Source of the DNA: Cycas panzhihuaensis | Taxonomy: Eukaryota; Plantae; Cycadophyta | Direction of reading: 5' to 3' | DNA: 64,000 nucleotides | Assembly: GCA_023213395.1 (NCBI GenBank) | Contig: CM041465.1 | Location: forward strand, 126,301,741-126,365,740 | In this document: positions 10,603-23,560 of the stretch, piece by piece | Layout of the letters: each line of letters starts with the position of its first letter | How positions within the stretch are numbered: the stretch's first letter is position 1 | Translations under genes and position numbers: made by a program | Notes under the pieces: model-generated | Seen by the model: only the letters and a program-made list of their open reading frames with translations | Databases searched by the model: none | What the model was told of the DNA's origin: nothing

Positions 10603-12974
10603 AGACAAAATAGTAATTAAGGCCTTCCTCGAGATAGATAAAACTCTAAAATTCTAGTTTAGAAGCCTATCAAGTAAATAATTCATAAAAATGATAGCTT
10701 GAATTATAGTATCAAACACAATAAAACTATTTAGGAGCAAAAATTTTTTGGCCTATAAGAAATAGGTCAAATACCTATTAATCATAAATAATTTCTGGTC
10801 ATATGTTTCAGGTGACATACCCAAACTTATTTTTGCTTATGATCCAAATGACCTTGATGTTGAAATACTTATAGACCTTATTGTCCTTGCTACCTTTAAA
10901 GCCAAGGATAATATTTCCCTTTCCTTCCTTCACCTAGTTGTGGAGGATAATATTGATCAAAACTTAGAAATGACCAACTCCTTATATGAAGCATGGAGCA
11001 ATATATGCTCCCTTTATGAGAGGAAGGATGAATCTAGTACTATCATGCTTAAAGCATGCCTATATACCATCCCTTTTACTAGTTCCATTCCATCTCACAT
11101 GATTGAGTGAAGTCTATTTGAAACCAACTTAACACTCTTAGTGCCTCCCACTAATCATGACCTTATTGCTAATGTAATCAATGTCCTACAGCTAATTAAA
11201 ATAGTTTTATGTCATGCCTATTTAATAACTTTATTACAATGGATTTCAACACTATAGAAGGATTACTACTTGGGAAGAGGGTATCATACATTATCAAGAA
11301 GCAGTATCTTCATCTAACACTGCTCCCACATTCACAACTAGGAATCGTGGGAGATATCAACCTCAACATTAGCCCTTAGCCCAACAATTTACTTCTATAA
11401 ACTTGAACCAAATCTCTCAATAACTATAACATTCTAGAAACTAGCCTAAGAGATAGAATGTTACCTGCTTGTATTATGGTAAACTTGGGCACTTCATCCT
11501 AAATTATAGAAAGAGACAATCTAATTTATAACTTATGCCACCTCAAACTAGTCAACAAGGTGGGGGAACCTTTTAGCATAATAGGGATTATGGAAGGAAT
11601 AACAATAGACAACAATAGTAGAGAAATCAAACTAGGAACTAGAACCAAGGTAATAATAAGAACTTTTAACAACGAGGTCATATGAATAATTTACAGGCCA
11701 ACTCTCAAAACCTATTTTTTGTAGCACTTTCTTCACACCATGTCAATAATTCTTGGTTGATAGATTTTGGTACCACTCCCCACATGATTGGCACTGAAGA
11801 ATTTCTTTAGGGCACTTCACCTACTTAGGTATAAACTATAGCTTTTGGTGATGACTTAACATATGATATGGAAAAGATTAGGAAGACTCCCATAGCCCTG
11901 AGGAATTTAGACATAAGACATCATATGAGTAATATCCTCTTAATACCTAGCATGTAACCAAACACACTACCTATAAGCCATATTGACAAGTAAAATATTG
12001 ATATCCCTTTTAGCCAAGGTATATATACTATTTTTTACTACTCAATTAGTCAAATAGTTACTACAGGGCATGAAGACAATGGTCTCTATAAACTTGATGG
12101 TGTCCCTTATCCACTACTTAACAACTAAATTCATGTGTCTCAATATAAACAAATCACCTTGATAAAGGAAAGGTTATCATTGTTGAAGACCTACTTACTA
12201 AGAAATAGGGTGAATACTCATATAGCAAAGAGCAACCTATATATAAATGCACTAAGGACCAATTATGGCACTAACACCTATGCCACATCAACATGCTGAA
12301 ATTAAACCTTATGTTTAAACTTTAAATGGTGCATGGGTTACCAAAAATCAAATAAAATAAATGTTTTTGTAGAGCCTATATAGTTGGAAAGAAACATGGG
12401 GAACCTTTTCCTTCTAAAATAGTATGGTGAACAACTGAACCATTGGGGTTAGTTCATTTAGATATCTATGGACCCATGTTAGTTCAATCCCTCAATGGTA
12501 GCTTATATATTATAACCTTCATTGATGACTACTCTCAAAAAGTATGGGTCTACTTTCTGAAGAATAAATTTAAAGCCTTTAACAAATTTAAATATTTCAA
12601 AGTAAAAGTTAAAAATGAAACTAGCATAACTATTAAGATTTCAAGATCATATAATAGACAGGAATACACCCTAAGATAGTTCATTAATTGTTTTAGAGAA
12701 TTTGGTATTAGGTGCTAGTTCTCCACTCCTCACACCCCTTAGCAGAATGGTGTTGCTTAATGAATGAACTAGACGCTCATGAATAGAGCTAAAGCAATGG
12801 TTAAAGTTATTAATCTTTCTACTATATTTTAGGCTAAAGTTATATAAACTATTGTATACTTGATAAATATAAGCTCAACTATAATAGTTAGGGATATAAA
12901 ACCCAAGGAGTCTTGGTTAGGCTAAAAGTCTATAGTCTCACACCTTAGAACATTTGATTGTATAGACTATAAAT

Positions 12975-14555
12975 TGTTAGGTTAATGATTATCACGTAAC
13001 CCTATATTAGAAATATGTAGCCACATACACATTCATGGTAAGTTATGGTAAGTGTATTTTTATTGTAAGTGGTTTACTATTTTATATTAATTTGACTTTA
13101 GGTTGAGGAGGGATCCCACCCTCCTTAGCATATTTATTCTTTGGGGCCAAAACCCCAGGTGTTCTTTAACACCACCATCACAAATGATATGTGATGTACT
13201 CTTCTTTAATATGGCATAAACATGATATGATTTTGGCTCTTAATATGGATTAATTATGCATTCATCTACTCTGCTCTCATCTCTAATAATCTACATTTGG
13301 TATTAGAGCCATTTTTTATCTATACAAGAGTTAGGGATCTACTTTTTGGCCATTTTATTTTTTCAAGGATTTTTCGGCATATGGAAGTTTTACCAGTTGG
13401 GAGTAAAATCAAAAGATTTTTAAAGAGTCAATAGAGAATTTAAGACAAAAAGGCTTGTGCCATAAATTTTGAGTGGTCATAGTGCTAGTTTTGGTGGAAA
13501 GTTACAAACATTATAGTAGATTTAATTTCGACATGATTTTACATCCAGTATTTTTAGGACAATTCTATAACTTCAACTTTAAAGAGCCATAACTTTGGTT
13601 ATAGATATCCAAATGACCTCAAATATTTTTTGATTCTATGAATTTTTGAATTTCCTTTCTAATGGAAGTGGTTTAAGGTCAAGCATAGGTAAGCGCAAAA
13701 TATTATTAACATTTTATCACTAGGTATTATTATAGTCCTTAGAAACCCTATTAGTAAAGTTCTTCAAATAGTCATAACTTTTGATCCAGGAGCCTATTTT
13801 TCAAATAGTAGGATCCATTAGAAATTTTTTGATCCTCTACATATTGGAATAGGTTTTATTAATATCTAATATTATTTTTTAGGGTTTTTAAACTAATAAA
13901 ATCAAGGATTCTGTTTGGTCCTAAGTTGACCTATTTTTTAAAATTTTCAAGTAATTTTTTATTCTAATTCAGTATATTTGTTTATTATTGAGCTACTAAT
14001 TAGGTGTTGATAGATGTTTACAATTTTTAAAGGTTTATAACTTAATTTTACAACCATTTAGCTATATTTCAATCTCTTGAAAAGAAGGAGCCTCTTTGAG
14101 AATAAAAATGACAAATTAGTGCATTCAGATCCCCTCTAATTCTATTATAAAGATGTCATTTCATATTCTAGCTTATAAAGTTGATTCTAAAGCTCTTTAA
14201 GATATATTTTTTGCTTATTCAGAGTTATTCTTTTACTTCTTTAAAGTTTTTAAAGTTACATCTAGATCATTCAAGGAAAAGCACTTGATTCTTCTTTAAG
14301 CTTATTTTGGATCATTACAGAAGTTATTTTTCAAAGTGGATTTTTCATTACTAAGTTATATTCTCATTAATCAGGGAGGCATTTATCTAAAATTTTATAT
14401 ATATATCAAGTTTTTTGACTCACTAATAAAAAGAATATTCAAGTTTATTTAAGGTCATTACATTTGAAAGCTCAAAGGTGTATTATAATGCATAACTATA
14501 AGCTCATTGTTAGGCTCTTGTTTCTTTAAGACTCACATATACACACAGACATATA

Positions 14556-14607
<52 letters not shown>

Positions 14608-15938
14608 ACCTTTTGAAAGGATCATTGATTGAATATTAGTTTCATTCCAAAAGAATATTTATCTTACTTAAAAGGAGATTTATTGCATATTTTAGATTCA
14701 TTTATTATTTTTATTTTGAAGGGATATATATTCTTTGTTGCCATATTATTATCCTTCATTGATTAAAGAGGATTCTATGTTGAAATCATGATTGAAAGTT
14801 CTTATGAAAACATGTTTATTGTATATTTCAAGTTATTTATTTATTTCAGGTTAAGAGTTTTCTTATTTATTCATTGAAAATCATACATTTTTTATTATGT
14901 ACTAAAATCTTTTATATAATGGCAATAAATCTAAGTAGCATAGGTTTTCCTATATTTAACGGAAATGATTTTAAGCTATGGAGTAAAATAATGAAAGTGT
15001 ATTTTCTTATAAATGATTTATGAAATTTTATAAAAGATGGATATGAACCAAGTGTTAAAGAATACATCAAAAAGAATAATAAAGCCTTATCCCTAATGTT
15101 TTATGCAATAGATGATAAAATATTTTCTAGTACAAGTGAGTTAACTACTTCCAAATTTGTATGGCATACCTTAGAATCAATTTATGGGGGAAATACTTTG
15201 GAATTAAATGTCAATAATTACATTGATGATACTTTTGATGTGAGATAGATGATAGAGTAGGTGAACTTTGATGACAAGACTAATGTTGTATGTACTAGTG
15301 TAGACTTCGATAAAATCGATAACTCTAATGTCGTCACATTTCACAAAATTGTATGTACCTTAGACCTGATTAATGGAAAAGACAAAACAAAGCCTCTCTT
15401 ACTCATTTGAATCAAGTCATACCTACTTGGAATCCACTTAAACTACATAGTATTAAAGAGACACATATTATTGAAAAGATGATAAGGCAAGTTGATGACC
15501 ACTTCACGCATGATGATAAAACTAAAGGTCAAGTATTCAAATTTTTCCTTGAGTATAAGTATCATAAGTTTAAAGAGAAATTAAAGATGTATGTGATGAC
15601 CATTAAGGGGGAGAATGTTGGGTTAATGCTCATCATATAACCTTATATTGGAAATATACAGTCACACATGCATTCATTGTAAGGTATGGTACGTATATTT
15701 TTTATTATAAGTGGTTTATTATTTTATATTAATTTGAATTTGGGTTGAGTTTGGCTTCTGCCCTCCTCTTGCATATTTATTCTTTGGGGGCAAAACCCCT
15801 AGTGTTCTTTAACACCACCATCATAAAGGATATTTGATGTACTCTTCTTCAACATGACATGAATATGATATGATTTTGGGTCTCGATATGGATTAACAGG
15901 TACATTCATCTACTCGATCTTGTCTCTAATAACGAACA
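12975..15938 (+). mobile_element. Non-autonomous Copia-derived LTR element (gag-only, TR-GAG-like), 2964 bp
   Basis: LTRs 12975-13295 and 15616-15938 (TG..CA, roughly 80-85% identical). TSD TAAAT at 12970-12974 and 15939-15943. Met-type PBS TGGTATTAGAGCC at 13298, PPT AAGGGGGAGAA at 15605-15615. gag N-terminus MAINLSSIGFPIFNGNDFKLWSKIMKVY from ~14919. No PR, INT or RT. Confidence 0.92.
14559..14606. repeat. (GT)24 microsatellite
   Basis: Read directly from the sequence. Confidence 0.98.
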
Positions 15939-17464
15939 TAAATTTATTCCCAAAGAAAGAAAAGAAATTGGATGACAAAAGTATAAAATGCATTTTGTAG
16001 GATATGTACTTGAATATAAATCATATAAGGTGTATGATCCTTTGGGAGATCGTATATTCCTCTCAGGATGTGATATTTATAGAGGATAACCAAGACTTGG
16101 ACCTGTTATAACTTTAGTGTCTTACCAATGATGATATTAGGTATGCGAAAAGTACCTCTTGTACTAAGTATGGACATTTCTATTTCATTAACCTCCTATT
16201 CTCTAAGTCCTTCATTAGCTCCTCCAACATCACCTTCCATTTCGACAACTACTTCTACAATACCACCATTATCCTTAAATGACTTGTAAGTTAAAGTTGT
16301 AAGCATCATAAAACTTTTGAAGCAATATTTGCAAGTGATGAAAGATATTCCTCCACCTCTAGTATCTCTTAAGAGGAAATTAAAACTAAGGCATTTAACA
16401 AACTTTGCCTTAATAGCATGAGTTCTTGAAGCTCCTGAGCCTTCCATGTTTAAGGACCAAACATGGGAAGTCGCAATGAATGTATACATGAATTCCATCC
16501 TTAAGAATGATGCATGGGAGCTTACCGAATTTCCACCTGATAAAAATCCAATTGATTATTATTAGTTGTATAAGATAAAATATCATTCTAATGGCTCTAT
16601 TAAGTGACATAAAGCATGCTTGGTTGCAAAAGGATTTAAATAGCAAGAAAGTATTAATTATAAAGAAACATTTGCCCTACTTGCTAATTTGACTACCTTT
16701 AATTTGGTTATGTCACTTGCTACCTAGTTCAAATGGTTAGTGTGTTAGATAGGCGTGAAAGTACTTTTCTTAATGGAGAACTTACAAAAGAAGTATATTT
16801 GAGACAACCTCTTGTTTATGTTATTTCTAGTAAAGAACACTTAGTTGATAAGCTCAAAAAAACTCTTTATGGTCTTAAATAAGCACCTCATACTTGGTAT
16901 GCTAAAATTAATGTCTTTTCTATCATGCATGGACTAAATCATTCATTCTCTAATCGTAATCTCTACATTTAAATGTAAAACAATTTGATCATCATCATTA
17001 TTCTTTATGCTCATAACTTAGAAATCACTAGAAATGATGATAGCGGTATTACTAGTCTCGATAGGACACTGAATAGTAGCTTGAGATGATAAGCGTTGGA
17101 TCGGTTCATTACTTCCTTGTAATTAAAGTATAGAAAAAATTAGGACATATCTTCTTATCATAATCAAAGTATACAAATGAGGTTCTATAGTAATTCAGAA
17201 TGAACAACTATAAACCTTTGTATATTCCGATAGAGATTAGTACAAAACTCACTATGGATGAATAAGAAAAACCTATTAATCCCACACTTTATAGATAGCT
17301 AGTAGGGAGTTTGATTTATCCTACTCACACTCATCCAGATATTTCATATATAATTGGGATCTATTCTAGGTTTGTATCATAGCCTAAAATGTGATATTGG
17401 AAGGCTACTACAAGGATTCTCAAATACATGTGTGATACTTTATAGCTTGGGTTGGATTATAAAC

Positions 17465-20400
17465 TATTAGGATTATTAATGTTAGTTTTATATTATTGTT
17501 ACTTTATTCTATCTTTATATCACATGTGTAAATATAAATTTAAGTGATTTAAAGGTTTAATGTTGAAAGTTTATGTTAATATTTATTCATTATGTGAAGG
17601 TCATTGAAATACACAACTGCCCATTTCAACGAACTTCTCTTGCTACAAATAGCCTCTCCTAGATTCTAGGAATTGGTTTCGAGAATCTAGGAGGTTATCA
17701 ACTTTGTTTCAAAGGCCGATTTATTATATGTAGAGTATGCTTATTAAGGTCTTATGTATAGTTTCTGAAATTAATAAAATCTGATATTAGAATGGTGATT
17801 TTTCTTCCCCAGAAGGGGTTTTCCACCTGTTAAAAGTTGTATGCGTGTGCGATGTCTTATTTTACTGTGTTTGTTAATCTTCTAGATCATGTGGCATTGT
17901 GCATGATACATATTCTTTCATGGTATCAAAGCACAATGCCACAGTTCTAAAAGCAGACAATCTAGCCACTGTCTCGAATACTCTTAAGGAGACATGTGAT
18001 AAGGTCAACACACATCAATTAGTTATCCTAGAATAGCAATTATATGACCTTAATTATGATGATTTTTTTAAATTCAAAGATTTTGTATCTAAAATTTAAC
18101 TAATCAATAAAGACCTAGGTAACTATATTAAGACCAAAATTAAAGTAGATGATGATAAACAAATAGTCACACATGTCAAAGACGATGATACACTTGTTCA
18201 TCTTGCTATAAACAAATTACCAAAACATTTTAATTTTTTTTAAACTACCAGACAATAAGCTAGCAATCCTCTTATAATTTTTAATTAGTTGACAAACCAA
18301 CTAATAGAACATCAAATGATGTTAATTCAAACAAGAATATTAAAAGATTTCTCTCAGGCTTTATTTTTCAAAACTAAGCCTCAAAATAAAAATAAACATC
18401 AAAACAACTTCAACAGTAATCCAAACTTCCAAAAACCTCATAGAGGTTCACCTTCTAACTCTCAAAATAATATTAATTATTCTAGTCTATCTAAATATCA
18501 GAATACTTCTAATTAGTCTTTTCAAATTGAAATACTATTAATCCTTCTCGGAGCATTAGTTGTGCTTACTTCTATAAGAAAGGCCATACTATTGGCGTCT
18601 GCGGTAGAATAACTTCAAAAACATGGAAAGCTTCGAGGGTTTACAAACTCGACCATAATCCTAGCCACAAAATCAACCACAATCTCATAATCGTTCTCTA
18701 ATGGCAATAACTTCTACATTTATTGCTACAACTAATCAACCACCACAATGGATCCTTGACTCTAGTGTGTCCCATCACATGATAGGACACCAGTAAAATT
18801 TATCCACTTATCAATCTAAAACTAACTCTAAAGAAGATATTTCTTTTGGAAGTGGAACCCAACTTAAAGTAAAAGGATCAGATAATGTTACTTTAAAAGA
18901 CGGTTCAATAAAGGACATATTCTATGTACTTAGTTTGTTATCAAACCTACTCTCTGTTTACCAAATCTGTTAGAAAAACCTTGTTGTCGAATTATGGAAA
19001 GATAAATTTATTATTAAAGAACCCTTCAATAAATTCAGATGTATTTGCTTTGGACCTGTTGATCATAGTACAGGTCTCTATAGTTTAACGAGTTTACAAA
19101 GTAATAAAACAAAGCCCTTTAGTGACTTTATAGCCAAATATGACTCAGTTAGTAAACTATGGCATGCATGATTTGGGCATACTAGTTATGACAAACTTCA
19201 ATACCTAAAAAAGACATGACATGGTTCATGGTCTTCCACCTTTAAATACTATTTATGGTGTTTGCAAAGCCTGTGTAACAGATAAGTAACACATAGATCC
19301 TTTTCCACATAAAACTCAATTTAGAGTGAAAGTTCCACTTGAGCTTGTTTACTCTAATATATATGGACCATTTCATGTAACCTCATATTCTGGCTCTCAT
19401 TATTTTGTCACATTTATTTATGATTATTCAAGAAAATATTGGGTGTACACACTCAAGACATGTAGTCAAGTGTTTGATATTTTCATTGAATTTAAAACAC
19501 TTGTTGAAAACTAATCAAACTTGAAAATTAAAATCTTTAGATTTGGTAATGCCAAAGAATACTTAAGTGGCAAATTTACATCCTTCTGTAAGAAGCACAT
19601 AATACAATTTTAGCATTCTGTTGCCTACACTCCTCAGTAAAACAGTGTTGCTGAACATAAGAACCACACTCTTGTTGAGATAACTCGTTGCATGTTACAT
19701 ACAAATAATCTTGATCTAAAGTTATGGGTAGAGCAACTACCTACTCCAACTATCTTCTAAACCGCTTACCTAGTAAATGCTTACAAAACGTTACTCTAGA
19801 ACAAAAGTGGTCTGGAAGAAAACCCTCAGTTAATCATCTACGAATCTTTGGAAGTATTACATGGGTACACATTCCTAAAGAAAAACGCAATAAACTAGAT
19901 CCAAAAAATCAAAAATATATCTTCGTTGGATACAACGAAGAAAGTAAAACCTCTGAGACTTTTAGATCCAGGTCACACATCAAATTGTAATTTTATGTGA
20001 CATAATATTTGATGAAGAAGGATCTTCTTCAACCTCTACTTATGTAGAACTTCTAGATGAAAATATGTTAACCAATACCTATTTGGTTAACCCCTCCAAC
20101 AAATAAGTTGACCCTAAATTATAGAATCTTTATCTACATAAGTCTAGAATTGGACTCTATCTAAACCAACTGAAACAGATTCTTCTTTCCAATCTGGCTC
20201 CTCATTTCGACACAGTAACTACAGAAATAATTACTAATAAACAGCCCATATGGGTAAAGAAAACACTTTCTAACACTCGATCTAATGTAGGTAATCCTTC
20301 AGATACTAGGCAAACACATGCTCAAAAATTACATGCTAACTATGCTTTAATGGCCAAAATAATGGACAATAATGATCCTAAAACCTTTAAACAAGCTAGT

Positions 20401-22402
20401 AATAATCGTGTATGGTAGGAATCTATACAAGTTGAATTTGATTCTTTAAACAAAAATTCAACTTAGGATCTTGTATCACTCCCACTAGGAAAAAATGTAG
20501 TTGATTATAAATGGGTTTATAGAACCAAATACAACTCAGCAGTAGCATTGAAAAGCATAAAGGTCACATAGTACAAAAGGAATTTCTCAAATTGATGGCA
20601 TAGATTATAATGAAACCTTTGCACATTGCAAAATGAATCTGATTAAAATAATTATTGCTCTAACAACCAAATTTGGTTAGGAAATCCATCAAATGGATGT
20701 AAAGAGCAATTTTTTAAATGGTGATCTCAAAGAAGAGATCTGTATGACTCAACCACCTAGTTTTATTAACAATCATAATTTAGTTTGTAAACTAAAGAAA
20801 TTAATCTATGGATAAAAACAAGCTCCTTGAGCTTGGTACATGAAAGTTGGTGATTATCTAATTCAAATTGGATACACTAGATGTATTAGTGATCCAAATC
20901 TTTATTTCAAACGTGAAAATAAAAATATTACCATTTTAATCATATATGTTGATGATATTATCACCCTTTGTATCATCAACTAATAACATTCATCACTTAA
21001 AAACTACTTTACTGAATAAATTCGAAATGACCGATCTAGGTCTTCTACATTATTTTCTTGGATTACAAATTTACCAACATGATTCGAAAATAATTATATC
21101 CCAACTAAAATATATTTTAGACATAATCAAACAGTTTAACATGGAAAATGTTAAACCGATTTCTAATACATTACAATTAAGAGTAAAACTATCTACTTAT
21201 TATTCCACACCCTTGTGTGACCTAACTTTATATAGGGAACTTATTGGTAGTCTTATTTGTTTAACTCATACCCACCCTGATATATCCTATGTTGTTACTT
21301 TTGTTTCGTTATATGCAAAACCACATGAATCACATTGAAAAGCTAAATATATACTTCAATATCTTCAAAATACTATTTTTATAGACTAACTTATCATTCT
21401 TGTAGTAAACCTTTAACCTTAATAGGATATACTGATTCAGATTAGGCAGGCAATACAAATGATCATAAGTCTATATCAGGTTATATATTTTTTCTAGATT
21501 CTTCATCCATTACTTGGTCTAGTAAAAAAATACAAGCACTAGCTCTATCAACGACTGAAGCTGAATATTGAGCACTTGTTGAAGCAAGCAAAGAAGCACT
21601 TTAGCTCAAATCTCTTTTAAATGAAATTAGTATGTCTCCTAACTCTTCTATAGAACTTAAAGTTGATAATCAATGTGCTATTGCTATTGCTACAAATCCA
21701 GTTGCACATTCTAGAACTAAACACATCTAATTGCATTAATATTTTATTCGTAATCTTGTTCGATAATATTATTCATTTGTCTTGTTGTCCTACGATCTGA
21801 TTCTTGATATACTTACCAAGTCTTTGACTGACGTCAAGTTTCTAAACCTATGAGATTTGTTAAAAATAAAGAAGGTCTTCATCAAAGGGGTCAACATAAT
21901 GATGACCTTCTTTTCTATATTATATAAAAGCTAATAGTAAAGAGGGATATTAGGATTATTAATGTTAGTTTTATATTATTATTACTTTATGGTATCTTTA
22001 TGTCACATGTGTAAATATAAATTTAAGTGATTTAAAGGTTTAATGTTTGAAAGTTTATGTTAATATTTATTCATTATGTGAAGGTCATTGAAATGCACTG
22101 CGCCCATTTCAATGGACCTCTCTTCTTCTGAAATAGCCTCTCTAGATTCTAGGAATTAGTTACGAGAATCTAGGAGATTATCTAAAAGCATGTTTCAAAG
22201 GTTGGTTTATTGTATCTAGAGGTATGCTTATTAAGGTCTCATATATAGTTTAAAATTAATAAAATCTTAGATTAGAATGGTGGTTTTCTTCCCCATAAGG
22301 GGTTTTCCACCATCAAACATTGTATCGTGTCTGATGTCTTATTTTACATGTGTTTGTTAATCTTCTAGATCCGTGGCATTATGCATGATACCTATTCTTT
22401 CA
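17465..22402 (+). mobile_element. Ty1/Copia element B (4938 bp), nested in the RT/RH junction of element A
   Basis: LTRs 17465-17920 and 21948-22402 (about 90% identical). PBS TGGTATCAAAGC at 17921, PPT AAAGAGGGA at 21939-21947, imperfect TSD TAAAC/TAACA. Domains: PR WILDSSVSHHM, INT LELVYSNIYGP (19326), RT HQMDVK/YVDDI, RH KSISGY/RTKHI. Confidence 0.92.
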
Positions 22403-22910
22403 TAACAAAGTTGATTCTCCTGTGATAAAAGGATTTACTAATGTTAACTAGGCTAGATGTCAAGATTCATGTCACTCTACTTTAGGGTATTATTTTAACC
22501 TAGACATAGTTATTGTTTCTTAGACTTATAAGAAACAACCAAATGTTTCTCTCTCATCCATTGAAGAAGAATACAAGAGAGTTGTATATATAGTGATAGA
22601 GGTGATTTGTCTTCATAAGATTCTTATAAAGCTTGGACTTTAATAGACTCAAGTAACTTTTCTATACTATGATAATTAGAGTGTACTAAAGATGACTAAG
22701 AACCTTATATTCCATGCATGCACTAAACATATTAAGGTCCATCATCATTTTATCCATGAACATATGCAATATGAAGAAATTAATCTCATATACTAACCAA
22801 CATAGTATCAAGTTGTAGATATCTTCACTAAAGCACTTAGAAAATCAAAGTTTAAAAAGTTTCGGCATGACCTCAATGTCAAACTCAATGAAGTTGTCAT
22901 TAAAGGAGGA

Positions 22911-23195
22911 TGCTAAAATATAATGACACTTTCATTATATACTTTATATAATCATGTTGCAACTTAATGTTGTATCTCTAGTTGAGGGTATCTTCATCCC
23001 TTTACTGCATAATGGGCTAATCACATTCACCCATTATATTATCCAATCACATGAGAGCGGAAGTGACATCATACCCCTATAAATCAAGGTCATGTCCTCC
23101 CATCATATATTATTTTATTGGTAAGAGTTGAAACTCTATCAAAATAATATTGTAAGTGTCAACCAATTTGACCCTCATGTTATGTCCATTTAACA
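22911..23195 (+). repeat. 3' LTR of Copia element A
   Basis: Follows PPT AAAGGAGGA. Termini TGCTAAA...TTTAACA form an imperfect inverted repeat; internal CCCTATAAAT. Confidence 0.75.
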
Positions 23196-23339
23196 TGTGC
23201 ATAATACCTTGATTGTGTTATGTTTATCTTGCATACAAGATAATATTTTGATCCTATTGTTGTTTTTAGACAAAGTAAATGCTATGCAAAAAAATAAAAA
23301 ATCCTTTAGAAAATACTAAATTTTTTTATATACAATTTT

Positions 23340-23560
23340 AATTTCCTATATTATTTTTAAGTTCAAAATGGTATGTTATGTATTGTCTTGAAAATCTAAA
23401 TGGTACATTTATATACCATTTTCAAATTAGAATGGTATAAGAATATCTGATTTTAAGAATCAAAATAGTACACAAATATTCCATTTAAAAAATTAGAATG
23501 GTATATTTTATATTTAGAATAATATAAAATGTACAATTATAAAGCAAAATTGTATGCACA
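23340..23560. repeat. Degenerate ~33 bp tandem units with an (A/G)AATGGTA core
   Basis: Recurring AAATGGTA/AGAATGGTA and its complement TACCATTT/TCCATTT. Confidence 0.5.

Larger units (their letters stand above)
10603..23195 (+). mobile_element. Ty1/Copia element A (host of two nested insertions), degenerate, 5' LTR absent
   Basis: gag (~10800-11300), zinc knuckle VTCLYYGKLGH (~11460), protease WLIDFGTTPHM (~11755), integrase LVHLDIYGP/FIDDYSQK (12443), RT (~16420-17460), RNase H TKHI.VHHHFI/DIFTKAL (22408-22890), PPT 22902-22910. The frame rejoins across both insertions (DCIDYK|FIPKE and LDYK|QVDSP). Confidence 0.9.
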
